DNA of 64,000 nt from Mobula birostris (taxonomy: Eukaryota): contig NC_092376.1 of the NCBI RefSeq assembly GCF_030028105.1, positions 141,358,230 to 141,422,229 on the forward strand. The letters run 5' to 3'. The position numbers were made by a program, and so were the translations under genes. Of the stretch, positions 37,991 to 49,920 are shown piece after piece (position 1 is the stretch's first letter; the number at the start of each line of letters is the position of its first letter). The notes beneath the pieces are model-generated. The model saw nothing but the letters and a program-made list of their open reading frames with translations. It was not told where the DNA came from and searched no databases.

Positions 37991-39114
37991 GATAAATATT
38001 TTCTTTCAATAGTATATTAAAGTTAAAGAAAATCAATATAATAGTTCACATATTCCTTTTTAATCTTTCAGTGTTATGCAAAAACACTTTCCACAATGCT
38101 GTTTCAGTAAAATAGCCTCCAGGAACATGTATCCCTCAGTCTAAGTATTTGCTTAGTTTTAGAAATTCTGGGATTATCCATTTATGGCACTGGACAATTT
38201 GGTAAAACACATCATGGTCATGTTTGTTTTACATAGGCTTCCTGCCCTTTGGCATGTTAATGAGAAAGTAATTTTTAATGTAGGTGAAAAATTCTATTAA
38301 CTACAGCTGTTTGAAATCTGAAACAGAACACACTGAGGATACATAGGAGCTGGAAATGGAGAATCAAGCATGGTTTATGTGCATCTCCTTCAACCTGATC
38401 TATTGCATTCAGTGGTCACAATGTGATCTCTGCATTGTCTAGGCAACTCTTCTAAAGCTACTCCTAGCTCTTAAAACAGTCACACTGAGCTGTCTGTGAC
38501 ATTTCAAGACCCCATTCCCACACTGAATTGCCTATGCTCTTCTCCATTGCTATGGTGAGCCAAACACAAACTAGGAGAACAGCTCATGTTGGTCTTGGGT
38601 AGCTTACAACCCAATGGTATGAATGTTGAATTTTCCAGAGCTTTTCTGTTCATTCTCCTATTTGCCCATCTGATTCCATCTACTAGCTCTTGTGTCACCC
38701 CCCCCCCACCCCTGTACTAGAATTTTGTAGATGATCCATGAGGCATGTTTTGACCTCTAAATAAATAGACATTAAACCTAATGGGAAGATCCTGCTGTCT
38801 TTGATTGGTCCTTGCGTGACAGCCTAGATTCCAGAATTACCCTAAAACATATTTTGCAAGTCTACATTAGAATTTTATTCTATTCACATAAATAGTATTC
38901 TGTACATTTGAATTTAAAAATAGATCCAAAACATAAAAAGTGTGATTTTATACTGAGAACTTGAGAGATTTTCCATGAATATGTGCATTAGTTTCAAACT
39001 TTACCATTGCACTTAAGCATGCATGCTTGCTGAAATGTTTTTTAAATTTAAATTTTACTTTTTCCTAATGTTATAAAATAGTTCCCAAGGAAACTAAAAA
39101 TGCAGTTCAGATGT

Positions 39115-39455
39115 CAGGTGTATAAGATGGGCATTGATCGTGTGGATAGCCAGAGGCTTTTTCCCAGGGTTGAAATGGCTAACACAAGGGGGCATAGTTT
39201 GGTACTGAGGGGATGTCAGGGGTAAGTTTTTCCACACAGAGAGTGGTGGGTGCATGGAATGCACTGCCGGCGGTGGTGGTGGAAGCAGATACATAGGGTC
39301 TTTTAAGAGCCTCTTAGACAGGTACATTGAACTTAGAAAAATAGAGGGTTGTGTGGTAAGGAAATTCTAGGCACTTTCTAGAGTAGGTTGCATGCCTGCA
39401 CAACTTTGTGGGCCGAAGGGCCTGTAATGTGCTGTAAATTTCCATGTTCTATGTC
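39115..39455 (+). mobile_element. CR1 3' end
   Basis: Similar to 50725-51080, with tail gggccgaagggcctgtaatgtgctgta. Confidence 0.8.
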
Positions 39456-40293
39456 AATAGTTTTAACTTGTTCAAAAAGAGCAACAAAAACCTAGAAAAA
39501 TACTACTTTACTAAAATTATGCATTTCCTTTAAAACTGGTTTTAAATGAGCATACACCTGAAGCTGGAACCAGTTTAATGAGCCACATTACATTTCGGGG
39601 GGGGGGGGGGAGAAACAACTGTAATTAAGCAAGAAAATTCTCATTTTGGATAATTATGCACTCAGCATACTTGCATTCCAGCAACTCCCAGATCCTAGTT
39701 AACTACATTAGCCTCCTCTACTTGCATCCTTGGGTGCACAGTAATATACATTCTTAATGATTCCTTAACCATATTTCATTTGTTCTATATGACTGTCATC
39801 CAAATTCCCTCTTTGAGGCTAGTTTGCACAATCTTTAGCTGCCTAATGAAACTTTCCTTTTCTCTGTCAGCACATTTTAGCCTCTTGTCATACAGCCATG
39901 TTAGTTTTAATTTGTATTCCTTTTTTGTTCTAATCTGAGATGTGATCTGAGACAAAATTATAATTTGCAGTAACAGTGGCCAGTAAGTATACATTTCCTT
40001 CTTCACCAGACACCGTTCTTACAAGGTTGACTGATTCTGTACGGCAGTGTCAGCTCACCTCCAACACAGCACACCTGCTGGTTAAAGACCTCATCACATC
40101 TTCGTAGTTGTATTCATTTCCAGGATCCAAGAATTGCCGGCAAGGCCTGCACTTATTCTCCGTCTGTTATTACCCTTGAGAAGGTGGGAGGTGAACTGCC
40201 TTCTTAATTGCCAGTAGTCCTGGTAAGGACATTCATAACTATGCTGCTGGCTAGTGGGTTACAGAATTTGGAGCCAGTAATGGTGAAAGAAGG

Positions 40294-40950
40294 TGTAAGG
40301 TGTTCCTTCCCTCCACCAGCCTGCAGGTAACCCTTGGGGAAGGTGTAGCACCTGTTTAGACCCTTAAACAGGGTCACATGAAGCCACGGGATGGTCATAT
40401 GAGCAGCTAGTGCACGTCACAAGTCCTGGTTATATGACTACTGATGCCAGGCAGGTAATCTCTGAAGGGTATTGATAATGTCTGGGGTAACCCATCTTGT
40501 AAAGACACTGTCCAGACAAAGGCAATGGCAAACCACCTTTATAGAAAAATTTGCCAAAAACAATCATGGTCATGGATAAGACCATGAGCACCCATGTCAA
40601 TACGATACATACAGGCATCCGTTAGTCTTGCGAGACCATGGATCTGCGCCTGGAAAGCCTTCACTCTCCAGGGCGCGGGCCTGGGCAAGGTTGTATGGAA
40701 GACCAGCAGTTGCCCATGCTGCAAGTCTCCCCTCTCCACGACACCAATGTTGTCGAAAGGAAAGGCATTGGGGACCATGTAGTTTGGCACCAGTGTCGTC
40801 GCAGAGCAATGTGTGGTTAAGCGCCTTGCTCAAGGACACAGCACGTTCCCTCGGCTGGGGCTGGAACTGACGACCTTCAGGTAGCTAGTCCAATGCCTTA
40901 ACCACTTGGCCACATGCCCACACAATACGATACATAATGATGAATGATAA
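40294..40950 (+). mobile_element. RTE-tailed non-autonomous element interrupted by a SINE
   Basis: RTE-like 3' motif aaggcaatggcaaaccac...catggtc, with a (tga)n-like tail resuming after the TSD. Confidence 0.55.
40612..40922 (-). mobile_element. tRNA-derived SINE with a CORE-like domain
   Basis: A box TGGCCAAGTGG, a B-box-like motif and gtgtccttgagcaaggc. 14-bp TSD caatacgatacata at 40598-40611 and 40923-40936. Sister copy at 55171. Confidence 0.85.
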
Positions 40951-42159
40951 TGACCGGTGAAAGACCGGAAATTTATTTTCAAGTCAGGATAGTGTGTGAG
41001 GCTGCTGATGTGTTGTTCCCATGTGACTGCTGGCCTTGTTTTTAGAGTTAGAGGTCACAGGTTTGGGAGGTGCACACTGCAGTTACTGCTCACTGGTGGT
41101 GGAGGGAAAAAGTTTAATGCAGTCATTTCTGTGCTGGGCCCTTGATGGTGCAGAGCTTCATGAGAGTTAATGCACTTATCCTGCTGAGTGGAAATTACTA
41201 CACCCCACATCTGGCAGGCATTATAGCTGCTGGAAAGGACTTAAGACTATCTGGCCTTTCCTGTAGTCATAGTATTTTCTTGTTGAGTTTCTGGTAAACG
41301 GTGACCTCCATCCCCTAGGATGCTAATATTATGGGACTTCACTAGTGGTTAAACTTTATCTTACTGTGGATGGTTGTGGCACAAATGCTACTCGCCTCTT
41401 TATTAGGGCATGACTGAATGCAGACTAGGTATTGTTGCATGTAAGCAAAAACTGCTTGAATTTCTGGGAAGTTTCAAATGGCATTGAGCAGTTAGCAACA
41501 TCCCCACACCTGACCTTAGGATAGAAGGACATTTGATGAACTAGCTGAAATGGTTGGGATCAGGAGTCTTCTGGCAAATTCTTTATTTCATTTATTCCAG
41601 AAATTTGTTCCCATGGGCACAAAACCTGTCGCTTAATGCCTTTCTGTGACGATCTCATTTACTTCTGCTTTTGTCTGTAGCTTGGATTACTGTGATAAGG
41701 GTTTAGTAGATTTTAACTTTCAAACTGAACAAAACATCCGCAGCAATGGATTGGCTGTTTAACAACAGTAATTCAAGAAAATGAAGGTAGTGATCTTTTA
41801 TCCGCAATTTTTTGAGCTGAAGGTCTTTGGGTTCCATTATCTCCAATATAATTCTGTTAACAAGTTTTATCTTGTATCCCTTTTTCCTTCTGTATTTTTT
41901 TTCTGATCTACTTCTATCTTCATTCTCCTGTGGTGTACTGACCAAGCAAACACAATACAGAAATTGGTAACAGGCAATTAACAGATCCAGTTGAAATAGA
42001 TTATGTTCTGATTACTGCACTCAGCTGGTTGTACAATCTTCCTGGAGAGAAAACCGACCTTTTGCTATTTTCTTGTCCTCCATGATTTTTCTGATTTTAT
42101 TTTTTTAGACACAAACAGCACAGAAACAAAACAAACAAAAAAAAAAAAAAAACAGGCCC

Positions 42160-42610
42160 TTAAACATCATCAAAGAACACGACCCTAATAGGGGAAAATA
42201 GGTTGGTGTAGATGGTTAAAAAGGTCAACGTGAAGGTGCTAGCCATTGGGCTTGCTTCTGTGCTGTATGACTCAATGGTCAGTGAGTCTGCACTCTCCAG
42301 TTGCAAACACATTCTTCCTGTCATATGAAAGCAGAATTGCACGCAGGAGTCCAACCTGTTTTGTAAAGGTACAACATGAAGTCCCAACTGTTATACTCTA
42401 TGGCCTGATCGATGAAGGCAAACATGACATGCAATTTCTTCACCACTCCATCAACCCATGTTGCCACTTTTATTAGGGAACAATGGATTTGAGCTCCATG
42501 TTTCCTCTGTTTATTAATATTTCTTACTGTCTTATTATTTACTGTATATGTCCTACTCCCATATGTCTTCCCAAAATGCAGCACCTCACACTCATCAGGA
42601 TTAAATTAAT
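42160..42610 (-). mobile_element. Degenerate CR1 fragment
   Basis: ORF 42321-42584 (MLHFGK...VVKK...AFI...IEY) plus a CR1-type tail. Confidence 0.65.
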
Positions 42611-42714
42611 TCAACTATCTGTTTTTATCAGTTCCATTTTTTATACTACCCACTTTTCACCAGGTTCTACCATTTACCAAAAAGCTCAGGGAAACTACAA
42701 TGACCAATTAATCA

Positions 42715-42855
42715 ACCAATCCATACAACTTTGGGATACAGGTGGAAACCTATACAAACAGAGAGAATGTGCAAGCTCACACAGACAGCAAACTAGGGCA
42801 GGATTGAACCTGGGCCTCTGGTGCTGAGACATTGGCTCTACCAGCTGTACCACGA
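42715..42855 (-). mobile_element. Degenerate V-SINE
   Basis: gagaatgtgcaagctcacacagacagca...ggattgaacctggg is the reverse complement of a V-domain and B box. Confidence 0.5.
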
Positions 42856-44432
42856 TATTTCCTTAAACACTTAAATCCTCCCTTGGCATATATGTGTTGC
42901 AGGATCCCTCCCCCTCCAACACCCAAGCAGCCAGTGAAGCAGTACATTTCTTCATCCCAAACCAGACAATTGCCCTAATTATATTAGTCATTCAACAGCT
43001 CTTCATGATCTACCATTATAACATTGGTTCTACCAATCCAAATTTGTTGATGTGCTAAGGTACAAGGAAATTATACAACTGGCCTGACTTCATTTCATAC
43101 AGAAAGTTCAGCTAATTTATGAATTTGCACTTAGGGTTCACTGTCAGCTCCTCGGTGTCTTCAGGGCATCACTGCATCCTGAGCTGATTTATCTGGAAGA
43201 GTGATGTAATGATATTATCCATCTTGGCATACTTAACAATAACTTTGTGAGAATAAAGGTTTAATCAATCTTTCTGTTTCTGAGCATTATTCTGAGAAAT
43301 CTGCAAAACTATGTGTGGATATTGGTTGCCCATAGCATGGTATATGATTTCTTCTATCCCTGAATAGTACAGCAATATTACTAACCTAGCTTCAGACATT
43401 AGTATGATAAATTTAATTGTCTCAGAGAATAGCTGAAGATTTACATAACAAATCCAGCTACGTGCCATTTCTTTAGAAGACGGCAAAGAAAATACAGGAG
43501 TATTCTCAGAATTATGTTTTTTTAAAGATTCCTTATCTGAGTTCTAGTAAAAATTGTTTTGCTATGTTACAATGCTGTTTTTATAATAATACAATGAATG
43601 GTGATTTTTGTTTTTGTATATATTGCATTATTTATACAGTAAACATGGCAGCTTATTTTTGAAAGGAAGACTACAACTTTGTTGTGAACCTCTGGCCAAG
43701 CCTACTTTAATGTTGATGAAATAATAATTTTAATCATGTAAAATTAATTGGACAAAATGTAAACAATTTTTAAAAAATCCCTCTTGTTATTGGCAGACAT
43801 TATTACAATGAAAATGAGTGTACATCCAAAAATACTAATTATCACTTAAATTTTAAAAACCTGAAAGCTTATTTTGGTTGGAAGCATACTGAAGATGGAT
43901 CAATTATTTGATATGAAACTCAGCAGTATAAGTGAAGAATTCTGTGTTCATTATCTCTGTGTTCATCACCATAGATCTTTGTTGTGGAAGAAATCAGAAT
44001 TTAAAATCAACTTCTATCTTAAGCTCATCAGTAGTCCCCTTCCTCCACAGTCAAATAGATGCGTGACTGGGCATACGAACACGTGAAGGAGAACAATCTT
44101 AGGCCCAGTAATACAGTAAATCCTTTTAACTCTATCCCAGGAAGAACTCACTCCTTGATAAGAACAAAGAAAATTATTCAACTAATTTCTTGTAGATAAT
44201 TAAAGTTCTTGTTTCCCAGAATTACCTGCAAATGTTGTTTTAGCTGAAGAGAATGGTTATCTGTTGTAGAATAAAATGTAACAACATAGCAAGTAATACA
44301 TAGCTTATTGTATAAATATCAGGTGACCTTATTTTCAGTTTTACAAAATGTTGCTGTTGTTTTTAAAATTTAAAAAAAAACACTCCTCAGTTACAGGAAC
44401 CTGTATCATTCTGGACTGAACTTGCTTTTTCT

Positions 44433-44520
44433 ACAATTTTCCAGGAAAGTTCCAATGTTGTCAGGCTGATATTCAGTTATGCTGGTAGTGGATGAGAATT
44501 AGTGAGTCACTGCATATAAG
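44433..44520 (+). promoter_or_regulatory. Putative proximal promoter of the SLC4 gene
   Basis: TATAAG at 44515-44520, AP-1 TGAGTCA at 44503-44509, kappaB-like GGAAAGTTCC at 44444-44453, TonE-like TGGAAAATTGT (-) at 44433-44443. Confidence 0.4.
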
Positions 44521-44589
44521 GGACAGCACTTCAGTGATGTTTCAGCAATAAGCAATTTCAGATCCTTAGTCCACTTTGCTAGATGAGCA

Positions 44590-44864
44590 ATGACACCAGA
44601 GGAGAAAAAAGAGCTGCTCTTCAGTAAGACCAGTGAAGTTCCCAGTGATAATGAAGGGAAATCTGAGTTACGTAGTCGCAGTTCTCTTTTAATCTCACAA
44701 GCAGAAAATAGAAGTATATTTAATATAAAGGCTTCATCTGCTACTGAGAGAACCTGCTCCATTCTGGGTGAAGAGGATGAACCCAAGGTCCCTCCACTCT
44801 TCACTGAATTAGATGAACTTATTCCAATTAATAAGAAAGAATTTCATTGGAAGGAAACAACGAG
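44590..44864 (+). CDS. SLC4 Na+/HCO3- transporter (NBCe1-like, probable slc4a9/AE4 ohnologue), first coding exon
   Basis: ...ILGEEDEPKVPPLFTELDELIPINKKEFHWKETT(R)|gtaaga matches NBCe1 ILGEEDD..PPQLFTELDEL..WKETAR. In-frame TGA two codons upstream of the ATG. Confidence 0.9.
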
Positions 44865-45730
44865 GTAAGATTTTAACTATTCCTTTACATTGGAATGCAG
44901 TAACACTTTGGCATAGAATTAAATAAAACATTTATCTCCAGCTATTAATAAGTTAACAAATGGCAATGTTCAAATAAAGCAAACCTCATTTAATAAATAC
45001 TTAGAAAAGATCTTTTTATTTGCCGAGAGGAACTTCATTTCCATGTAATTTCTGTTTTAATTATTCTAAGTGTAGGAAACAATATGGGGATGACTTAGCA
45101 GAAGAAAGCCACGTAGTCAGATCTCTGGCACTAAGTCTGGCTCTGTGGTACAGAAGGGAAGGGGTGGGAGGAAGAGGCAGGTGATAGGGGATTCAATGGT
45201 AAGGAGAACAAACAGCAGGTTCTTTGGATGAGAACGAGATTCCTGGATGGGGTGCTTCCTGGGCACCAGGGTTAGAGACATCTTGGACTGAGTCCACACC
45301 ATTCTTAAGCAGGAGGATGAGCAGCCGGGGGTTGTGGTCCATGTTGGTACCAATGACATGGGTAGGAAAGGTGACAAGGTCCTGCAAAGTGAGTTCAGGG
45401 AGTTAGGTGCTAAGTTAATAGACAGGACCTCCAGGGTTGTAATCTCAGGATTGCTACCTGTGCTATGTGTTAGTGAGGCCAGGAATAGGAAGATCATATA
45501 GCTTAGCATGTGGTTGAGGAGATGGTGCAGGAGGGAGGGCTTGAGAGTTTTGGATCATTGGGCTCTCTTCCAGGAAAGGTGGAACCTGTACAGGCAGGAT
45601 GGTTTGCACCTGAACTGGAGGGGAACTAATATCCTTGTAGGAAGGTTTGCTAATGCTACACAAGGGGCGGTGGGGGAGGGGGAGAAGTTTTAAGCTAGAG
45701 TTTCAGGGGAAGGAAACTAAAGCGCTAGAG

Positions 45731-46328
45731 CAGGGGTCCCCAACGTTTTTAGCACCACGGACCGATTTAATATTGACAATATTCTAGCAGACCGGCTGAC
45801 CGGGGCGGGGGGGGGCGGTGTTCAAGTAGGGTTAAACTCACCTCAACATGTCTCTTACAGTTAGGGTTGCCAACTTTCTCAATCCCAAATAAGGGACAAA
45901 ATTAGCAGTCAAATCACGGGACACTTTATCCCGGGAAAAGACTACCACGATTATGAAGCCTGGCGCGGGCACCTGTGTGTGCATGCGTGACGTGCGCATG
46001 TGATATGCGCATTCGCGTATGTGCTAATTTTTCCCCACAAACGGGTTTTCCCTTCATCTTCCCGACTATACCGTACATATATTATTTCTACTTTATATAG
46101 GCTGTGTATTTATCACATCATTCCTGCTTTTACTATATGTTAGTGTTATTTATTTTCGGTTTTTTGTGTTATTTGGTATGATTTGTTAGGTTATTTTTTT
46201 GCATCTGGGAACGCTCAAACATATTTCCCATATAGATTAATGGTGATTGCTTCTTCGCTTCACGCCATTTCGGCACGAAAGGTTTCATAGGAACGCTCTA
46301 CCTTAGCGGGGGTAATACGGGACAAGGG
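45731..46328 (+). mobile_element. Composite non-autonomous hAT-like element inserted in CR1
   Basis: Starts caggggtccccaac (Charlie/MER-type end), contains tagggttgccaac and a segment shared with the MITE at 53052. Confidence 0.6.
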
Positions 46329-49230
46329 ATTACAGGGGGACTAGTGGTGTTACTAGTCAAGTAAAATATCACAGCAGTGCTCAGACAGGACAGACTTGAG
46401 AGCTCGTCTACCAAGACTACATGGGAGGAACTGAGGAATAAGGAAGGAATGACCACATTAACGGGATTACACTGTAGATCACCCGACAGTCAGCAGGATT
46501 TAGAGGAGGAAATTTGTAGAGAGATTGCAGACTTTTGCAAGAAACATAAGGCTGTGATTGTAGGTGATTTTAACTTTCCACATTTTGGCTCGGACTACCA
46601 TACTGTAAAAGGACTGGATGGGTTAGACTTTGTCAAATGTGTTCAGAAAAGTTTCTTTAATCAGTATATAATAGAAGTCCCAGCTAGAGAGAGCGTGATA
46701 CTAGATCTCCTATTAGGGAATGAAATAGGACAGGTGACAGAAGTTTGTGTAGGGGAACACTTTTTACATCTAGTGATCATAATGCCATTAGTTTCAAGAT
46801 AATTATGGAGAAGAATAAGTATGGTTCTTGGGTTGAGATTCTAAATCGGAGAAAGGCCAACTTTGATGGTATCAGAAAGGATCTGGCAAGTGTGGATTGA
46901 GACAGGTTGATTTCTGGCAAAGGTATACTTGGCAGTGGGAGACCTTCAAAAGTGAAATATTGAGAGTACTGAGTTTGAATGTTCCTATCGGAATAAAAGA
47001 CAAGTTTAACAAGTTTAGGGAACCTTGATTTTCAAGAGATATTGAGGCCCTGGTTAAGAAGAATAAGGAGGTACATAGCGGGAATAGAAAGGAAGGAGCA
47101 AGTAAGGTACTTGAGGAGTATAAGAAATGCAAGGGAACAATTAAGAAGTAAATCAGGAAAGCTAAAAGAAGGCATAAAGTTGCTCCAGCAGACAAGGTGA
47201 AGGTGAATCCCCAGGCCTTCTACAGATATATTAAGAGCAAAAGGATATCAAGGAGAAGGTTGGTCCTCTGGAAGCATAGCGTGGTCATCTATGTATGGAG
47301 CCTAAAGAGATAGTCGAGACCTTAAATGGATTTTTTGCATCTGCATTTCCTCAGGAGACAGACACAGTCTATAGAAGTGAGACAAAGCACCTGTACAAAA
47401 AGGACGGGTTGCACTTGAATCCCAGGGGAACCAATATCCTGGCAAGGAGGTTTGCTAAGGTTATTGGGGAGAGTTTAAACTGGAATTGCTGGGAGGTGGG
47501 AACCGAACAGAAGAGATGGAGGAGGGGACAGTTGGTCACATACAGAGAAAGCTTGGAGAGAGTGTGAAAGTAAGGATAGGCAGGTGATAGAGAAGGGATA
47601 CGCTCAGACTGATGGTTTGAGATGTGTCTATTTTAATGCAAGAAGCATCATGAACAAAGCGGATGAGCTTAGAGCCTGGATCAGTACTTGGAGCTATGAT
47701 GTTGTGGCCATTACAGAGACTTGGATGGCTTAGGGGCAGGAATGGTTACTTAGAGTGCCAGGCTTTAGATGTTTCAGAAAGGACAGGGAGAGAGGCAAAA
47801 GAGGTAGGGGCGTGGCACTGCTGATCTGAGATAGTGTCACGGCTGCAGAAAAGGAGGAAGTCATGGAAGGATTGTCTACTGAGTCTCTGTGGGTGGAAGT
47901 TAGAAACAGGAAGGGGTCAATAACTCTACTGGTTGTTTTTTTATAGACCACCCAATAGTAACAGGGACATCGAGGAGCAGATAGGGAGACAGATTCTGGA
48001 AAGGTGTAATAATAACAGGGTTGTCGTGGTGGGAGATTATAATTTCCCAAATATTGATTGGCATCTCCCTAGAGCAAGGGGTTCAAATGGGGTGGAGTTT
48101 GTTAGGTGTCTTCAAGAAGGTTTCCTGATGCAATATGTAGAAAAGCCTACAAGAGGAGAGGCTGTACTTGATCTGGTATTGGAAAATTAATCTGGTCAGG
48201 TGTCAGGTCTCTCAGCGGAAAAGCATTTTTCTATCACAATTCTATATCCTTTACCATAGCATTGGAGAGGGATAGGAACGGACAAATTAGGGAAACGTTT
48301 AGTTGGAGTAAGGGGAAATGTGAGGCTATCTGGCAGGAACTTGGAAGCATAAAATGGGGACAAATGTTCTCAGGGAAATGTATGGCAGAAGTGTGGCAAA
48401 TATTCAGGGGATGTTTGTGTGGCCTTCTGCATAGGTGCATTCCAATACTGTTGAAAGTCTCATCGAAGAAAAGAGAAGCTTACGAAAGGTTCAAAACATT
48501 AGGTAATGATAGAGATCTAGAAGATTATAAGGCTAGTAGGAAGGAGCTTAAGAATGAAATTAGGAGAGCCAGAAGGGGCCATGAGAAGGTCTTAGCGAGC
48601 AGGATTAAAGAAAACCCCAAGGCATTCTACAAGTATGTGAAGAGCAAGAGGATAAGATATGAGAGAATAGGACCAACTAGTGTGACGGTGGAAAAGTATG
48701 TATGGAACTGGAGGAGATATCTGAGGTACTTAATGAATAATTGCTTCGGTACTCACTACTGAAAAGGACCTTGGTGGTTGTAGGGATGACTTACAGCAAA
48801 TTGAAAATATATTAAGAAAGAGGATGTGCTGGAGCTTTTGGAAAGCATCAAGTTGGATAAGCCTCCGGGACCAGACAAGATGTATCCCAGGCTACTGTGG
48901 GAGGCGAGGGAGGAGTTTGCTGAGCCTCTGGCAATGATTTTTGCATCATTAATGGGGACAGGGAGGTTTTGGAGGAGTGGAGGGTTGCAGATATTGTTCC
49001 CTTATTCAAGAAAGGGAGTAGAGATAGCCCAGGAAATTATTGACCAGTGAGTCTTATTTCAGTGGTTGGTAAGTTGATGGAAAATATCCTGAGAGGCAGG
49101 ATTTATGAACATTTGGAGAAGCGTAATATGATTAGGAATAGCCAGCATGCCTTTGTCAAAGGCAGGTCATGCCTTACAAGCCTGATTGAACTTTTGGATG
49201 TGACTAAACACATTGATGAAGGTAGAGCAG

Positions 49231-49920
49231 GAGATTTTAGATTAGGTTATGAGGACACGCAGTCCTCTTTTATTATCATTTAGTAATGCATGCATTAAGA
49301 AATGATATAATGTTCCTCCAGAATGATATCACAGAAACACAAGACAAACCAAGAGTAAAATAACTGACAAAAGCTACATAATTATAACATATAGTTACAA
49401 CAGTGCAAAGCAATACCATAATTTGATGAAGAACAGACCATGGGCACGGTAAAAAAAAATCTCAAAGTCTCTTGCAAATCCCATCATCTCACGCAGACGG
49501 TAGAAGGAAGAGAAACTCTCTTCCTGCCATGAACTTCCAGCGCTGCAAACTTGCTGATGCAGCACCCTGGAGGCACCCGACCACAGCCGACTCTTGAGTC
49601 CGTCCGAAAACGTCGAGCCTCCGACCAGCCCTCCGACACCGAGCACTATCTCTGCCAGGCGCTTCGACCCCAGCCCCGGCAACAGGCAATAGGCAAAACC
49701 GAGGATTTGGGACCTTCCCCCCCTCCCCCGGAGATTCTCGATCGCACAGTAGCAACGGCAGCGAAGCAGACATTTCAGAAGTTTCTCCAGATGTTCCTCC
49801 ATGCATCTCACATCTCTCTCCATCAAATCAGGATTGTGCATGGCATCCTACTTACAAATACAATATCATTTCGGAGTGGCCACGCACACTGCATCGCGCC
49901 GCCATCTTCTCCTCCCCACA
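49231..49920 (-). mobile_element. Non-autonomous retroelement inserted in a CR1 RT
   Basis: Interrupts CR1 between GRA and VYMDFSKAF. Minus-strand 5' end gaagatggcggc, 3' end with aataaa and short repeats, CpG-rich. Confidence 0.65.

Noticed and set aside
41681-41787. Possible upstream SLC4 exon or MDWLF mini-ORF
   Set aside because: The acceptor is plausible but the donor is weak, the ORF stops after 12 codons, and there is no convincing homology.
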